DNA of 64,000 bases from an uncultured delta proteobacterium (GTDB lineage: Bacteria; Myxococcota_A; UBA9160; SMWR01), in contig CAWHTE010000011.1 in assembly GCA_963832165.1 (NCBI GenBank), forward strand, positions 800,001 through 864,000, read 5' to 3'. Made by a program: the position numbers and the translations under genes. How positions within the stretch are numbered: the stretch's first letter is position 1; each line of letters opens with the position of its first letter. Positions 1 to 13,235 of this stretch are shown here, in pieces. Under the pieces are notes generated by a model. It saw only the letters and a list, made by a program, of their open reading frames with translations, was not told where the DNA came from and did no database searches.

Positions 1-1393
1 GAAGCCGGTCGACACGCTCGTCGTACCGTCGCCCCGGCTGCGCGACGTCCTCGTCGCGGAAGCCGAGCTCGGCGAGCGCATCATGCGCGCGTTGATCCTG
101 CGCCGCGTCGGGCTGCTCCAGGGCGGCATCGCGGGTCCGCTCCTGATCGGGCGCGCCGGCGACGCGAACCTGCTGCGCCTGGCAGGATTCCTCTCCCGCA
201 ACGGGCAGCCCTATCAGATGCTCGATCCCGGCACCGACTCGTGCGCGCAGACGCTCGTCGAACGCTTCGGCGTGCTGCCCCCGCAGCTGCCGATCGTGCT
301 ATGCGCGAGCGGAAATCTGCTGCACAACCCGAGCGAAGCCACGCTCGGGCGTTGCATGGGCCTCGTGCGGGCGATCGATCCCGACCGGGTCTACGACGTC
401 GCGATCGTGGGCGCGGGACCCGCCGGCCTCGCGTCGGCGGTCTACGCGGCGTCCGAAGGGCTCTCGGTGATCGCGCTCGACTGCCGCGCGTTCGGCGGTC
501 AAGCGGGCGCGTCGGCGCGGATCGAGAACTACATGGGGTTCCCCACCGGCATCTCGGGATTGGCGCTCATGGCACGCGCGTTCAATCAGGCGGAGAAGTT
601 CGGAGCCGAGATGGCGATCCCCGACGAGGTCGTGCGCGTGCGAAGCGGTGCGAACGGTGGCCGCGGCCGGTTCGAGCTCGACCTCGAGAACGACGAGCGG
701 GTGATCGCCCGGTCGGTCGTGATCGCGTGCGGCGTCCGTTACCGCCGGATCGACGTCCCTCGACTAGCGGAATTCGAAGGCTCGTCCGTGCACTACTGGG
801 CGACCTCGCTCGAAGGAAAGCTCTGTTCTGGAGAGGAGGTTGCGCTGGTCGGCGGCGGCAACTCGGCCGGCCAGGCGGCGGTATACCTCGCGGGCCAGGT
901 CGAGAAGCTGTGGTTGCTCGTGCGCGGTCCGGATCTCGGGAAGAGCATGTCGCGCTATCTCGTCGATCGGATCTCTTCCTTGCCGAACGTCGAGGTGCTC
1001 GTGCAGACCGAGGTCACGGCGCTCGAGGGCCGCGGCGGCGCGCTGGAAGCGGTGCGCTGGCGCAATCGGGCGGGGGAGGAGACGAGCCGCCCGGTCCGTC
1101 ACCTGTTCCTGTTCATCGGCGCCGATCCCAACACCGACTGGCTGTCGGGCTTCGGCGTCGCGCTCGATCAGAACGGCTTCGTTCGCACCGGGGCGGAGGC
1201 TGGCAAGGCCGATCGGCTGCTCGAGACGAGCCATTCCGGCGTCTTCGCGATCGGCGACGTGCGCTGTGGATCCGTGAAGCGCGTCGCGGCTGCCGTGGGT
1301 GAGGGGGCGCAGGTGATCGCAGCGCTGCACGCGTATCTCGCCGAGGTCGACGACCTGGCCGCGGAATCCGTGTCGCAGGGATCACGAGCATGA
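1..1393 (+). CDS. FAD-dependent thioredoxin-reductase-like oxidoreductase, probably cNMP-domain-fused; 5' end outside window
   Basis: Frame open from base 2 (KPVDTLVVPSPRLRDVLVAEAELGERIMRALILRR). Motifs GAGPAG (FAD), GGQAGASARIENY, GGGNSA (NADPH), GVFAIGDVR. No CxxC (YWATSLEG). Confidence 0.85.
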   Translation, partial: KPVDTLVVPSPRLRDVLVAEAELGERIMRALILRRVGLLQGGIAGPLLIGRAGDANLLRLAGFLSRNGQPYQMLDPGTDSCAQTLVERFGVLPPQLPIVLCASGNLLHNPSEATLGRCMGLVRAIDPDRVYDVAIVGAGPAGLASAVYAASEGLSVIALDCRAFGGQAGASARIENYMGFPTGISGLALMARAFNQAEKFGAEMAIPDEVVRVRSGANGGRGRFELDLENDERVIARSVVIACGVRYRRIDVPRLAEFEGSSVHYWATSLEGKLCSGEEVALVGGGNSAGQAAVYLAGQVEKLWLLVRGPDLGKSMSRYLVDRISSLPNVEVLVQTEVTALEGRGGALEAVRWRNRAGEETSRPVRHLFLFIGADPNTDWLSGFGVALDQNGFVRTGAEAGKADRLLETSHSGVFAIGDVRCGSVKRVAAAVGEGAQVIAALHAYLAEVDDLAAESVSQGSRA

Positions 1394-1462
1394 CCGGCAA
1401 AGACGAACGGGGTGACGGTAGGGTGCCTGATGCGTTGGGGTGTTTTCGCTTGACGCGATCCC

Positions 1463-4426
<2,964 letters not shown>

Positions 4427-4435
4427 AGCGGACGC

Positions 4436-5887
4436 TCAATAGCGGAAGGTCAGCTCCGCGAAGAAGTAGTTCGCGTCCTTCGCGGCGAACGAGGTGCGGA
4501 TCGCGCTGCTCTCGAAGACGTGTCCGTAGTAGGCACTGAGCGAGAAACGGCGCCACGGCCCGAGCGTCACGCCTACGTCGGCGAGATGTCCCAGCTCGCG
4601 TTCGCCTCCGGTGGGGATTCCGGAGAAGCCAAAGATCTTCTCGTTGCTCGCACCGCCGCCCGAGTACCAGAGGTCCTTCCGCGCAGTCGAGCGCAGCCAG
4701 TGGTAGTCGGCGCGAATCGCGATCAGCGGGTCCGGCTGCAGCAGGAGCTCCGCGAACAGGTCCTCGTTGTTCATCAGGTTGTAGAAGGGAAACTGCGCGT
4801 AGAGCCGCGCGGTCGGGAGCAGCTGGAAGAAGGTCTCGTGTTCGCGGTCGGCGGGATCGCGGTCTCCCGACGACCGGTTCCAGCCGAAGCGCAGCCACGG
4901 CGCGGTGGGCAGGCTCGCGAGCTGGTAGCCGAGCTCGAGCGCGAACGCCCACGCTTCATGATCCTGGCGCCCCCAGTCGCCGCCTTGCAGTACGCCCCAC
5001 GCGAGCGCATCCAGCGCGCCGGGGCCGAGCTCGAATACCCCGAGCGCGTGCGCTCCTGCGCTGTGGATCGAGATCGCGCGCCGGTCGAGCGTGCGCAGCG
5101 CAAGCGGGCGATTGTCGACTCGAACGGGTCGATCTCGCGCATCTTCGTAGAAAAGATAGAAGGCGCGCAGGTCGAAGGGCGGGAGATCGGTGAGTCCCTT
5201 CGCGGTGAGTGCGAGACCCGTGACCGTGATGTCGTCCATGTGGCGATTCGCGCTCACCTCGAAGCCGCCGCGCGTCGGATGCGCGGCGAAGGCGGTGGCG
5301 TTCCAGGCAGGGCGGTCGTAGGAGAGACGCACGGCATCCAGGCTGCGCGTCACGTGCGTGTAGCCGAACGGGCCGATCAGCCGCTCCGCGATCCGCGAGC
5401 GCTTGAGCGTGGCGAGCGTCCGATCGCCGGGAACGGTCTCGTTTCCGTCGCCGTACTCGAGGCGGCCGGCGCTCGCGGCGAAACCGCTGCGACGCACCGT
5501 GAGGTAGCCCTGCTTCAGAAAGGTTTCGCCCTGATCGGTGTCGCGCGTGTGTGCGAAGTAGCTCGCGCCCGGGCCGAGACTCCCGCGCGGAGCGGCCAGC
5601 GTCGCATCGCTGGGCAGGCTCAGGATTCGCGTGTCCTGGAGCTCGACCACCCCCTGCACGTAGGGAAACGTGATGCGCGTGCCCACGCGCAGCTGGTTCG
5701 CGAAGAATGCGTATTCGTGCGCGCCGCGCGGCGCAGTGCCCTCGGGAGGTTCGAACCACTCGACGAGCTCGCCGCGCACGCGGTTGCTCGCCGTGAAGGC
5801 AACGTGCTCCTGCCAGCTCGGGCTTTCCGACGCGGCCGCGAACGGAATCCATGTGATCGCTGCACCGAGGATCAGCGTGGCCCGCAT
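4436..5887 (-). CDS. Alginate-export (AlgE-like) family outer-membrane beta-barrel
   Basis: Signal peptide MRATLILGAAITW, RSLDAVRL, SGDRDP..HETFFQLLPT, C-terminal ELTFRY barrel signature. Confidence 0.75.
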   Translation of the reverse strand: MRATLILGAAITWIPFAAASESPSWQEHVAFTASNRVRGELVEWFEPPEGTAPRGAHEYAFFANQLRVGTRITFPYVQGVVELQDTRILSLPSDATLAAPRGSLGPGASYFAHTRDTDQGETFLKQGYLTVRRSGFAASAGRLEYGDGNETVPGDRTLATLKRSRIAERLIGPFGYTHVTRSLDAVRLSYDRPAWNATAFAAHPTRGGFEVSANRHMDDITVTGLALTAKGLTDLPPFDLRAFYLFYEDARDRPVRVDNRPLALRTLDRRAISIHSAGAHALGVFELGPGALDALAWGVLQGGDWGRQDHEAWAFALELGYQLASLPTAPWLRFGWNRSSGDRDPADREHETFFQLLPTARLYAQFPFYNLMNNEDLFAELLLQPDPLIAIRADYHWLRSTARKDLWYSGGGASNEKIFGFSGIPTGGERELGHLADVGVTLGPWRRFSLSAYYGHVFESSAIRTSFAAKDANYFFAELTFRY

Positions 5888-6051
5888 CGAACCCCCCCCG
5901 GATTGCCAGAGAGTCGCCGACCATGCGACGATTCGCCCGCAAAGCCCGCTGATCGCAGGCTCCATGGGCGTCTTGGCGGATCGCAGGGGTTCGTGTACCC
6001 ACTCCACGCGGGGTTGCCGACGCAGCGCCAGAGCCGCCTGGAGATTCCCCC

Positions 6052-6417
6052 ATGACTCGAGACGACCGCCCGCTCGGTGACGTCGCGAACAAGCTGCTAT
6101 TCGAGAACGAGCTCGTGCGCGTGTGGGAGCTGGAGCTGGCGCCGGGCGAAAGCTCCGATCGCCACCGCCACGATCTTCCCTATCTCTTGTGCGTGCTCGA
6201 GGGGTCGCGCGTCGACGCGGAGGTGGAGGGCACCGGCCGCGTCGAGCTGCCCGTACAGCCGGGCTCCGTGTTCTTCGTTCCGCCCGGGGCTACGGAGACG
6301 GCGATCAATCCCACGCGCGAGCGCTTCCGCGAGATCCTGATCGAGCTCAAGCAGCCCGGCACCGCGAAGGCGCAGATCGCGGTCGCGAACGTGCCGGCGT
6401 CGTTCCCGCGCGCCTGA
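6052..6417 (+). CDS. Cupin domain protein
   Basis: LLFENELVRVWELELAPGE..HRHDLPY and FREILIELK cupin pattern. Confidence 0.8.
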   Translation: MTRDDRPLGDVANKLLFENELVRVWELELAPGESSDRHRHDLPYLLCVLEGSRVDAEVEGTGRVELPVQPGSVFFVPPGATETAINPTRERFREILIELKQPGTAKAQIAVANVPASFPRA

Positions 6418-6482
6418 CGCAGGAGACGGACGGCGCGTCGTCCTTGTCCGATGGCGTAAGCTGACGTCGCGGGAGGTCATCC

Positions 6483-7400
6483 ATGTCAGCCAATCCCGGG
6501 CCCGTGATCATCGAGTGCGCGATCAACGGCGTGACTTCGCCGGACAAGAACCCCAACGTGCCGCGCAAGCCCGCCGAGATCATCGACGACACGTTTCGCG
6601 CGCTGGATGCGGGCGCCTCGCTGATCCACGCACACAACTCGGACATCCAGCTCGACGGCGAAGCGGCGGCGCAGGACTATCTCGCCGCTTGGCGTCCGAT
6701 CCTCGCGAAGCGCCCCGACACGCTCTGGTACCCGACGCTGTGCTGGGGGAAGGGCGCCGCGCAGATGCTCTCGCACATCGAGCCGATCGTGCGCGAAGTG
6801 CCGCTGCGCTTCTCTGTGATCGATCCGGGCTCGACCAACCTCGGCGGTCCCGACGACGAGGGCCTCCCGCAGGGCGTCGTCTACGCGAACTCCTACGCCG
6901 ACATCCGCTACGGCTTCGAGACGTGCGAGCGACTTCGGCTCGCGCCGAGTCTTGCGATCTACGAGCCGGGCTTCCTGCAGACGGTGCTCGCCTATTACCG
7001 CGTGGGCCGCCTGCCGCGCGGTGCGATGGTCAAGCTCTACTTCGGCGGACCCTACGGTCTGTTCGCGACGAGCCCCGGTTGCACCTTCGGTCTGCCGCCG
7101 ACCCGCCACGCGCTGCTCGCCTACCTCGACATGCTGGAGGGGACGGGCTTGCCCTGGTCGGTGAGCGTCTGGGGCGGCGATCTCATGGCCACGCCGATCG
7201 CCGAGATCGCGCTCCAGCTCGGGGGGCACCTGCACGTCGGGATCGAGGAGTTCTACAGCCCCGAGCGCAGCCCGAGCAACGAGGAGCTCGTGCGCGAGGC
7301 AGTCGCGCTCGTCGAGCGCGTCGGGCGACCGCTCGCCGACAGCTCGGCAGCCGCGCGCATCCTCGATCTTCCGCCCGTCGCGGACCTCGGGGTGCGCTGA
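6483..7400 (+). CDS. BKACE / 3-keto-5-aminohexanoate cleavage (DUF849) family
   Basis: VIIECAING, NPNVP, GASLIHAH, GGHLHVGIEE, SNEELV; SD GGAGG. Confidence 0.9.
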   Translation: MSANPGPVIIECAINGVTSPDKNPNVPRKPAEIIDDTFRALDAGASLIHAHNSDIQLDGEAAAQDYLAAWRPILAKRPDTLWYPTLCWGKGAAQMLSHIEPIVREVPLRFSVIDPGSTNLGGPDDEGLPQGVVYANSYADIRYGFETCERLRLAPSLAIYEPGFLQTVLAYYRVGRLPRGAMVKLYFGGPYGLFATSPGCTFGLPPTRHALLAYLDMLEGTGLPWSVSVWGGDLMATPIAEIALQLGGHLHVGIEEFYSPERSPSNEELVREAVALVERVGRPLADSSAAARILDLPPVADLGVR

Positions 7401-8014
7401 TCGACGCGGACGCACGCCGCTTCGCTCCGGCCACGGCGCGCAACCGCGCGCCGATCCTGGCCGTGCTCGAGCGCGTGCTGCCCGCGCAGGGTCTCGTGCT
7501 CGAGGTGGCGAGCGGCACGGGCGAGCACGCGGTGGCGTTCGCCCGGGCGCTACCCGGGCTCGAGATCCAGCCCAGCGACGTCGATCCCGACGCGATCGCG
7601 AGCATCGAGGCCTGGCGGTGCTACAGCGCGCTCCCGAACGTGCGACCTGCACTCGCACTCGACGTGCATGCGTGGCCGTGGCCCTTGAAGGGAGCACCCG
7701 ACGCGATCCTGTGTAGCAACATGATCCACATCGCGCCGTGGAGCGCGTGTCTGGCACTGCTCGACGGCGCCGCCGCGCTGCTCGCACCCCGCGCTCCGCT
7801 AGTGCTCTATGGGCCCTACCGCGAGGGTGGCGTCCACACCGCCCCGAGCAACGAGGTGTTCGACGCGAGCCTGCGCGAACGCGACCCGCGCTGGGGCGTG
7901 CGCGACGCGGACGAGGTCGCCGCCGAGGCCGCCGCGCGCGGGCTCGACCTCGAGGAGATCGTCGCGATGCCGGCCAACAACCGCACGCTCGTGCTGCGCC
8001 GGCGCGCGGACTAG
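7397..8014 (+). CDS. DUF938 SAM-dependent methyltransferase; probable CTG start overlapping upstream TGA
   Basis: [55 protein letters not shown]. Confidence 0.88.
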   Translation: MIDADARRFAPATARNRAPILAVLERVLPAQGLVLEVASGTGEHAVAFARALPGLEIQPSDVDPDAIASIEAWRCYSALPNVRPALALDVHAWPWPLKGAPDAILCSNMIHIAPWSACLALLDGAAALLAPRAPLVLYGPYREGGVHTAPSNEVFDASLRERDPRWGVRDADEVAAEAAARGLDLEEIVAMPANNRTLVLRRRAD

Positions 8015-8022
8015 GAGGAGCG

Positions 8023-9093
8023 ATGGTGCGCCGCGTGGTGGTCTGGGGAACCGGGAACGTCGGAAAGCCCGCGATTCGCGCCGTGTGTGCGAACCGCGGG
8101 CTCGAGCTCGTGGGTGTCGTCGTCGCGAACCCGGACAAGGTCGGGCGCGACGCGGGTGAGCTCGCGGGGATCGCAGCCACGGGCGTCCGCGCCACGGACG
8201 ACGCGGGCGCCGTGCTCGCGCTGCGCCCGGACGCCGTCGCCTACACGGCAACCGCCGACACGCGCCTGGCCGGCGCGATCGACGACATCGTGCGCTGTCT
8301 CGAGGCGGGCGTGAACGTGGTGTCGACGGGCGTCTACCTGCTGCTCCATCCGGCGTCGGTGCCCGGGGACCTGCGCGCGCGCATCGAGGCCGCGTGCAAG
8401 GCCGGAGGAGGCACGTCGGTGTTCGTGTCGGGCATCGACCCGGGCTGGGCGGTCGACCTGCTGCCGCTCGTCCTCTCGGGCGTGGCGGGCCGGATCGATC
8501 AGATCCGCTGCCGCGAGATCTTCAACTACGCCACCTACGATCAGCCGCACGCGGTGCGGAACCTGATCGGCTTCGGCCGCCCGCTCGAGGAATCACCGCC
8601 GATGCTGCACCCGATGGCGCTCGATCTGCTCTGGGGGGGAATGGCGCGCGTGGTCGCCGACGGGCTCGGCGTCGTGCTCGACGAGACGCGCCAGGTGATC
8701 GAGCGGCGTCCGCTCGAGCGTACGATCGACACGCCCGAGATGGGAGTGTTCGAGAAGGGCACGCAGGGAGCGTTCCGCTTCGAGGTGCAGGGCATCGTGC
8801 GCGGCGAGCCGAAGATCATCTGCGAGCACATCACGCGCATCGATGACGAGATCGCGCCCGACTGGCCGCGGCCCGCAGCCGGCCAGCGCGGAAGCTATTC
8901 CGTGATCATCGAAGGGGATCCGAGCTTCGAGGTGTCGGTGCAGCTGCACGGCGGCGGCGGCAGTCCCGCCGACGCGGGCAACGCGACCGCCGCGGGGCGG
9001 ATCATCAACGCGATTCCGAGCGTGTGCGCCGCGCCGCCGGGAATTCTCGGGCCGCTCGATCTGCCGCTCGTGACGGGGCGCGGGCTGCTCTGA
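8023..9093 (+). CDS. Dihydrodipicolinate-reductase-like / amine dehydrogenase family oxidoreductase
   Basis: VWGTGNVG Rossmann motif, [38 protein letters not shown]. Confidence 0.85.
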   Translation: MVRRVVVWGTGNVGKPAIRAVCANRGLELVGVVVANPDKVGRDAGELAGIAATGVRATDDAGAVLALRPDAVAYTATADTRLAGAIDDIVRCLEAGVNVVSTGVYLLLHPASVPGDLRARIEAACKAGGGTSVFVSGIDPGWAVDLLPLVLSGVAGRIDQIRCREIFNYATYDQPHAVRNLIGFGRPLEESPPMLHPMALDLLWGGMARVVADGLGVVLDETRQVIERRPLERTIDTPEMGVFEKGTQGAFRFEVQGIVRGEPKIICEHITRIDDEIAPDWPRPAAGQRGSYSVIIEGDPSFEVSVQLHGGGGSPADAGNATAAGRIINAIPSVCAAPPGILGPLDLPLVTGRGLL

Positions 9094-9096
9094 CGT

Positions 9097-10539
9097 TCAG
9101 ACCCGACGTTCGGGCGCGCGCGCTCCCGGATGCAGCGCGAGCACTTCGCTGAATCCGTCGGCGAGGCAGCGGCTGAAGCGCTCGGGCTCCGTGATCGCGG
9201 CGGGATCGATGTTCGCGGCGATGCAGCAGGTTTCGCCGTGTGTCACGAGCGTGATCATCGCAGCGCACCCCGGCAGCGGTCCAAAGCCGTAGAGCCGCTC
9301 GATCTTCGAACCGGCCAGGTAGTAGTCGCCGCGCAGGCCGGGCACGTTGCTCGCCTGGAAGTCGTTCGTCTTGGTGAGACTGCCGGCGAGCTGGCTGATC
9401 AGCGGGCCGGGCAGGCGTGACATCACGGGGGCGAGCATCGCCATCGCGTCGAGCGCGGGCTCGGCGCGCGCCGCGCGCACCATCCGGCCGATCGCCTCCA
9501 TGCGCTTGCGCGGATCGTCGATGCCGACGGGCCCGGAGAAGCGCGCGCCTGCGAAGCGGTTGCCGCCTGCGGGATCGTCGTCGCGCCGCACGTTGATCGG
9601 AATCGCGATCGGCATGCTCTCGATCGGGTGGTCGAGCTCGTCGTGGTAGAGGCGGAATCCGCCGAGCAGTGCGGCGAGGAACGCGTCGTTGAGCGAGGCG
9701 TCAGCGGCCTTCGCTGCAGCGCGCAGATCCGCGAATGCGACGTCGAGCGCGAGGAAGCGCCACGAGAGCGAGCGCGCGCGCAACAGCGGTGAACCGTCCG
9801 CCTCGGGTCCGCCGAGCACGCGCGCGAGCGAGCTTCCGAAGCGCAGCGCGTTCTGTGCGGTCTCGACGGGGCGGGAGAGCGGCCGGAGCAGGTCGCCCGC
9901 GTTCGACAGCAGTCCCGAGAGCGAGCGCGCGTCGCGGCTGATCTGCTCGGCGAAAATTTCGCGCGGGGTCGCCCATTCGGGGAGCGGTACGGGCGGCTGC
10001 GGCTTGCGCGGGTTGTGCTCGCGCGTCGTCGAGTGCAGCTGCGAGAACAGCTGGAACCCGCCCATCCCATCGGTGGTGGAGTGATGCATCTTGAGCAGGT
10101 GCACCGCACGGCCGTCGGGAAGGCCCTCGAATAGCACCGACTCCCATGGAGATCGCGCCCTGTCGAACGGCGTCATCGCGATCTGCTCTGCGGCCGCGAG
10201 GAGCTCGGTCCAGCCCGCGGGCTTCGGAAGCTGGATCCGCCGCACGTGATAGTGGAGATCGAAATCGGGGTCGTTCACCCAGCACGGATTGCCGAGCCCG
10301 AGCAACGGCTCGACGACCTTCTGGCGGAAACGCGGGACCATGCGCGTCGCCCACTCGCAGGCTTTCTCGAAGCGCGTCCAGTCGGGTGTGCGATCGAGCA
10401 GTTCGAGGCCGCAGATCGTCGAGCGCAGGCGCGGATCGGACTCCGCGCGCCACATCAGCGACTCGAGCGCGTTCATCTCGCGGGTTTCGCCCCAGCGCAG
10501 CGGAGCGTCGCCGGTGGCCGTGTCTCGTTCCTTCGCCAT
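9097..10539 (-). CDS. Wax ester synthase / diacylglycerol acyltransferase (WS/DGAT)
   Basis: HHxxxDG (HHSTTDG), DFDLHYHVRR, SLNDAFLA, GGNRF, SNVPG. Confidence 0.92.
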   Translation of the reverse strand: MAKERDTATGDAPLRWGETREMNALESLMWRAESDPRLRSTICGLELLDRTPDWTRFEKACEWATRMVPRFRQKVVEPLLGLGNPCWVNDPDFDLHYHVRRIQLPKPAGWTELLAAAEQIAMTPFDRARSPWESVLFEGLPDGRAVHLLKMHHSTTDGMGGFQLFSQLHSTTREHNPRKPQPPVPLPEWATPREIFAEQISRDARSLSGLLSNAGDLLRPLSRPVETAQNALRFGSSLARVLGGPEADGSPLLRARSLSWRFLALDVAFADLRAAAKAADASLNDAFLAALLGGFRLYHDELDHPIESMPIAIPINVRRDDDPAGGNRFAGARFSGPVGIDDPRKRMEAIGRMVRAARAEPALDAMAMLAPVMSRLPGPLISQLAGSLTKTNDFQASNVPGLRGDYYLAGSKIERLYGFGPLPGCAAMITLVTHGETCCIAANIDPAAITEPERFSRCLADGFSEVLALHPGARAPERRV

Positions 10540-10560
10540 TCAGGGGCTCCCCGTATCCGG

Positions 10561-11502
10561 TCAGGTGCCGGCGAGCCGGGCGACGACCGGCGCGAACGCC
10601 TCGTAGTTGTCCTCGCCCAGCACGACGTACGAGACGCTCCATTCCTCGCGCCGCTGCTGGAGCAGCTCGCAGACGGCGTCGACGCTGCCGACGAGCGAGA
10701 TCCCGCTGCCGAGCGCGTCGTCGGCAGAGATGCCGAAGCGCGGTGCCACCGCGGAGGCGAATCCCTTCGCGTTGTCCGTGATCGCGGCCAGGAAATAGCG
10801 GATCTGGAGCTCGATCTCGTCGAAGCGCTGGCCCGCGCCCTCGCGCACCCAGCCGATCTTCTCGAGCGTCTGCGCGGCGAGGCTCGTCTTGACCGCGTCC
10901 GCGGTGATCTCGCCCGCGCGCAGGTTCGGATTGATTCCGACGATGTCGGCTTCGCGTCCCGCGAGGCGCAGCAGGCGTTTGCCGCCGCCGCCGATCAGGA
11001 TCGGCGGGCGCGGCTTCTGTACGGGCTTGGGCACGCCGTCGTAGCTGCGGATGCGGTAGTGCACGCCCTCGAAATCGAACCGTCCCGGACCCCACGCCTG
11101 CTTGACGATCTGGATCGCCTCGCCGAGCCGCTCGATCCGCGTGCCCGGCGAGTCGTAGCGCAGGTCGAGCGCGTCGTAGTCCGTGCGCTGCCAACCCGCG
11201 CCGAGTCCGAACTCGAGGCGTCCATCGGAGAGCAGATCGATCGTGGCCGCTTCTTTCGCCACGATCGCGGGATGCTTGTAGTCGTTGCCGAGCACGAGCA
11301 TGCCGATCCGGAGCTGCTCGGTGACCGCAGCCGCGAACGAGATCCCGACCATCGGCGCGAGCGGCGTGTCGATGAAGTGATCGGGCATGAACAGCGTGGA
11401 ATAACCGAGCGCTTCCACCTTGCGCGCGCGCTCGCGCCAATCCTTCGCGGATCCGATGCTCGTGGTCTGGACGCCGAAGCGGAACCTGCGGGGGTGTGTC
11501 AT
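10561..11502 (-). CDS. LLM-class, probably F420-dependent, oxidoreductase
   Basis: FRFGVQ, PDHF, LSDGRLEFGLGAGW, PKPVQKPRPPILIGGGG. Confidence 0.88.
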   Translation of the reverse strand: MTHPRRFRFGVQTTSIGSAKDWRERARKVEALGYSTLFMPDHFIDTPLAPMVGISFAAAVTEQLRIGMLVLGNDYKHPAIVAKEAATIDLLSDGRLEFGLGAGWQRTDYDALDLRYDSPGTRIERLGEAIQIVKQAWGPGRFDFEGVHYRIRSYDGVPKPVQKPRPPILIGGGGKRLLRLAGREADIVGINPNLRAGEITADAVKTSLAAQTLEKIGWVREGAGQRFDEIELQIRYFLAAITDNAKGFASAVAPRFGISADDALGSGISLVGSVDAVCELLQQRREEWSVSYVVLGEDNYEAFAPVVARLAGT

Positions 11503-11506
11503 GGTT

Positions 11507-11519
11507 GAATCGTATCAGA
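11507..11519 (-). promoter_or_regulatory. Extended -10 element (TGaTACGAT); likely leaderless promoter
   Basis: TCTGATACGATTC, with TACGAT 6 nt before the ATG at 11502; identical 13-mer at 12299-12311. Confidence 0.55.
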
Positions 11520-11562
11520 GGATCCACCGCTCTCCTGCGAGCGATGGGTCAAGGGGGGTGCG

Positions 11563-11913
11563 ATGTCGACCTTTCGCATGTTCCTGAATCAGGAGCCGAG
11601 GTCGTTCGCCAAGGGCGACATCATCTTCGAGAATGGTGATCCCGCGGATCGCATGTTCATCGTTGCGGAAGGGGAGGTGGAGATCTCGATCGGAGGCCAG
11701 GTCGTCGACGTCCTCGGAGCCGAGACGATCTTCGGCGAAATGGCGCTCGTGACGAAAGATCCGCGCAGCGGCACCGCGCGGGCACGCACCGATTGCAAGG
11801 TCGTCGAGATCCCGGAGCGCCGCTTCCTGCTGCTCGTCCAACAGACGCCCAACTTCGCGCTCGACGTGATGCGCGTGCTCGCGGAGCGACTGCGACGACG
11901 GGACCCCGCCTAG
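11563..11913 (+). CDS. Stand-alone cyclic nucleotide-binding domain protein
   Basis: GDIIFENGDP, GEVEI, IFGEMAL..PRSGTA. Confidence 0.9.
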   Translation: MSTFRMFLNQEPRSFAKGDIIFENGDPADRMFIVAEGEVEISIGGQVVDVLGAETIFGEMALVTKDPRSGTARARTDCKVVEIPERRFLLLVQQTPNFALDVMRVLAERLRRRDPA

Positions 11914-12278
11914 CCCATCACGAACGCGACCAGCTTGTTTCCGTCGAGGTCGCGGAAGTAGCCGCCGTAGAAGCGCGGATTGCGCGGGCCGGGCGGACCC
12001 TCGTCCTTTGCGCCGAGCTCGATCGCCTTCTTGTAGATGCGGTCGACCGCCTCCTTCGAGTCGGCCGAGAGCGCGATCATGATGCCGTTGCCCACCGTCG
12101 CCTTGTTCCCGTCCGCGGGTGTGCAGATCGCGATCATGGGCTTGCCGGGTCCGGAGCCGTAGAAGCGCATGCGGTCGTTGGCCATGATGCGCTTGGCGCC
12201 GACCTCCGCGAGCAGGGCGTCGTAGAACTGCTCGGCGCGCGCGAGGTCGTTCGTGCCGATCGTGACGTAGCCGATCAT
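11910..12278 (-). CDS. VOC / glyoxalase family protein
   Basis: MIGYVTIGTNDL, GNG, DEGPPGPR, YFRDLDGNKL; SD AAGGAGG. Confidence 0.9.
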   Translation of the reverse strand: MIGYVTIGTNDLARAEQFYDALLAEVGAKRIMANDRMRFYGSGPGKPMIAICTPADGNKATVGNGIMIALSADSKEAVDRIYKKAIELGAKDEGPPGPRNPRFYGGYFRDLDGNKLVAFVMG

Positions 12279-12298
12279 CGGATCCTCCTTGGTGGACC

Positions 12299-12311
12299 GA
12301 ATCGTATCAGA
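12299..12311 (-). promoter_or_regulatory. Extended -10 element upstream of VOC gene
   Basis: TCTGATACGATTC, identical to 11507-11519, followed by SD and ATG. Confidence 0.5.
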
Positions 12312-12545
12312 CCATCCGCACCTCCCCCGACCGGAGACCGCCAGCGGCGGATCGTCAGCGCGCAGGCCGAGCTCGAAGCGCAGCCCGTCCGGCGCGACGC
12401 GGCTCCAGATCACACGGCTCGCGCGCACGTATCGCGCGCCGAACCGCGGGCTGAGACACCGCGACCCGCGGACACCAGTTCACTCGGGCAGCCTGAATGG
12501 CGCGCTGCCGAAACGATCTTGGCTGGCGCCAGCCCAACGGGACCG

Positions 12546-12827
12546 TCAAGCTTTCTCGTCCGGCATCTGTCCGGACGATGTGCGACGTAGCATCGCGTCG
12601 GTCCTTGCTTCCATCTGGGCGAATCGCTGCGAGATGGATTTCAGCGACCGCCGAACCTCGCGATCGCGGACTTGACGCTCCTGGTCGGTACGCTGCGAGC
12701 GCGCTAGGTGCAACATCGGCTCGGGAATCGCGTCCCCGCAGCTCTCGCACTTACCCGCTTCAGTCGAAGCCGTCCAGTGCACGCAGCTGCGGTGGTAGAC
12801 CTCGCCGTTATTCGTGAGCCAGTCCAT
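12546..12827 (-). CDS. Small hypothetical protein (93 aa), putative Zn-binding N-terminus plus helical C-terminus
   Basis: SD GAGGA before ATG; HRSCVH...KCESC; charged helical tail. Confidence 0.5.
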   Translation of the reverse strand: MDWLTNNGEVYHRSCVHWTASTEAGKCESCGDAIPEPMLHLARSQRTDQERQVRDREVRRSLKSISQRFAQMEARTDAMLRRTSSGQMPDEKA

Positions 12828-12850
12828 GTTCACGTCCTCTTCTACCGGAG

Positions 12851-12926
12851 AGATCGGCGGCGGCAGCGCGCTCTTCAACACAATTGAGTTAAGTCCTCTC
12901 CATTCGGCGGCGTCGGTAGTTCTTGC
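12851..12926 (-). promoter_or_regulatory. Tandem sigma28-like promoters
   Basis: TGAAG-N14-GCCGATCT (12877-12851) and GCAAG-N13-GCCGAATG (12926-12901), versus consensus TAAAG-N14-GCCGATAA. Confidence 0.45.
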
Positions 12927-13235
12927 AAACCGAACTGCGCCTCGGCTGCCGTCAACCTGCGCACCCGGCGCCTCGAAGCGGCAGCGCGCGAGCAACTCGG
13001 AGGGTGCTAGTCAGCGCTTGGAGCGCGGCGAATATGAACCGAGATCTCTATTCCAGTTGCCAAGATCCTGGCTACGCCCGCCCCCACGGCAGCCGGCGAG
13101 GGCCGAGCACTGTCACAAGGCCAGCGACGAGTTGGATGAAACCTCCGGGTTCTGGCCAATACCTGGCTTCGCCTCGTCCCTCTCGAGTTGGGGGGAGGAA
13201 TGGACCACGCTTCGGTGCGAGTCTCGACGGAGCGC

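Noticed and set aside
12340..12450. PilZ-like fragment (RVIWSR...FELGLR) in frame upstream of the VOC gene
   Set aside because: Short, lacks RxxxR and DxSxxG motifs, has an upstream stop, and the VOC gene has its own promoter and SD.
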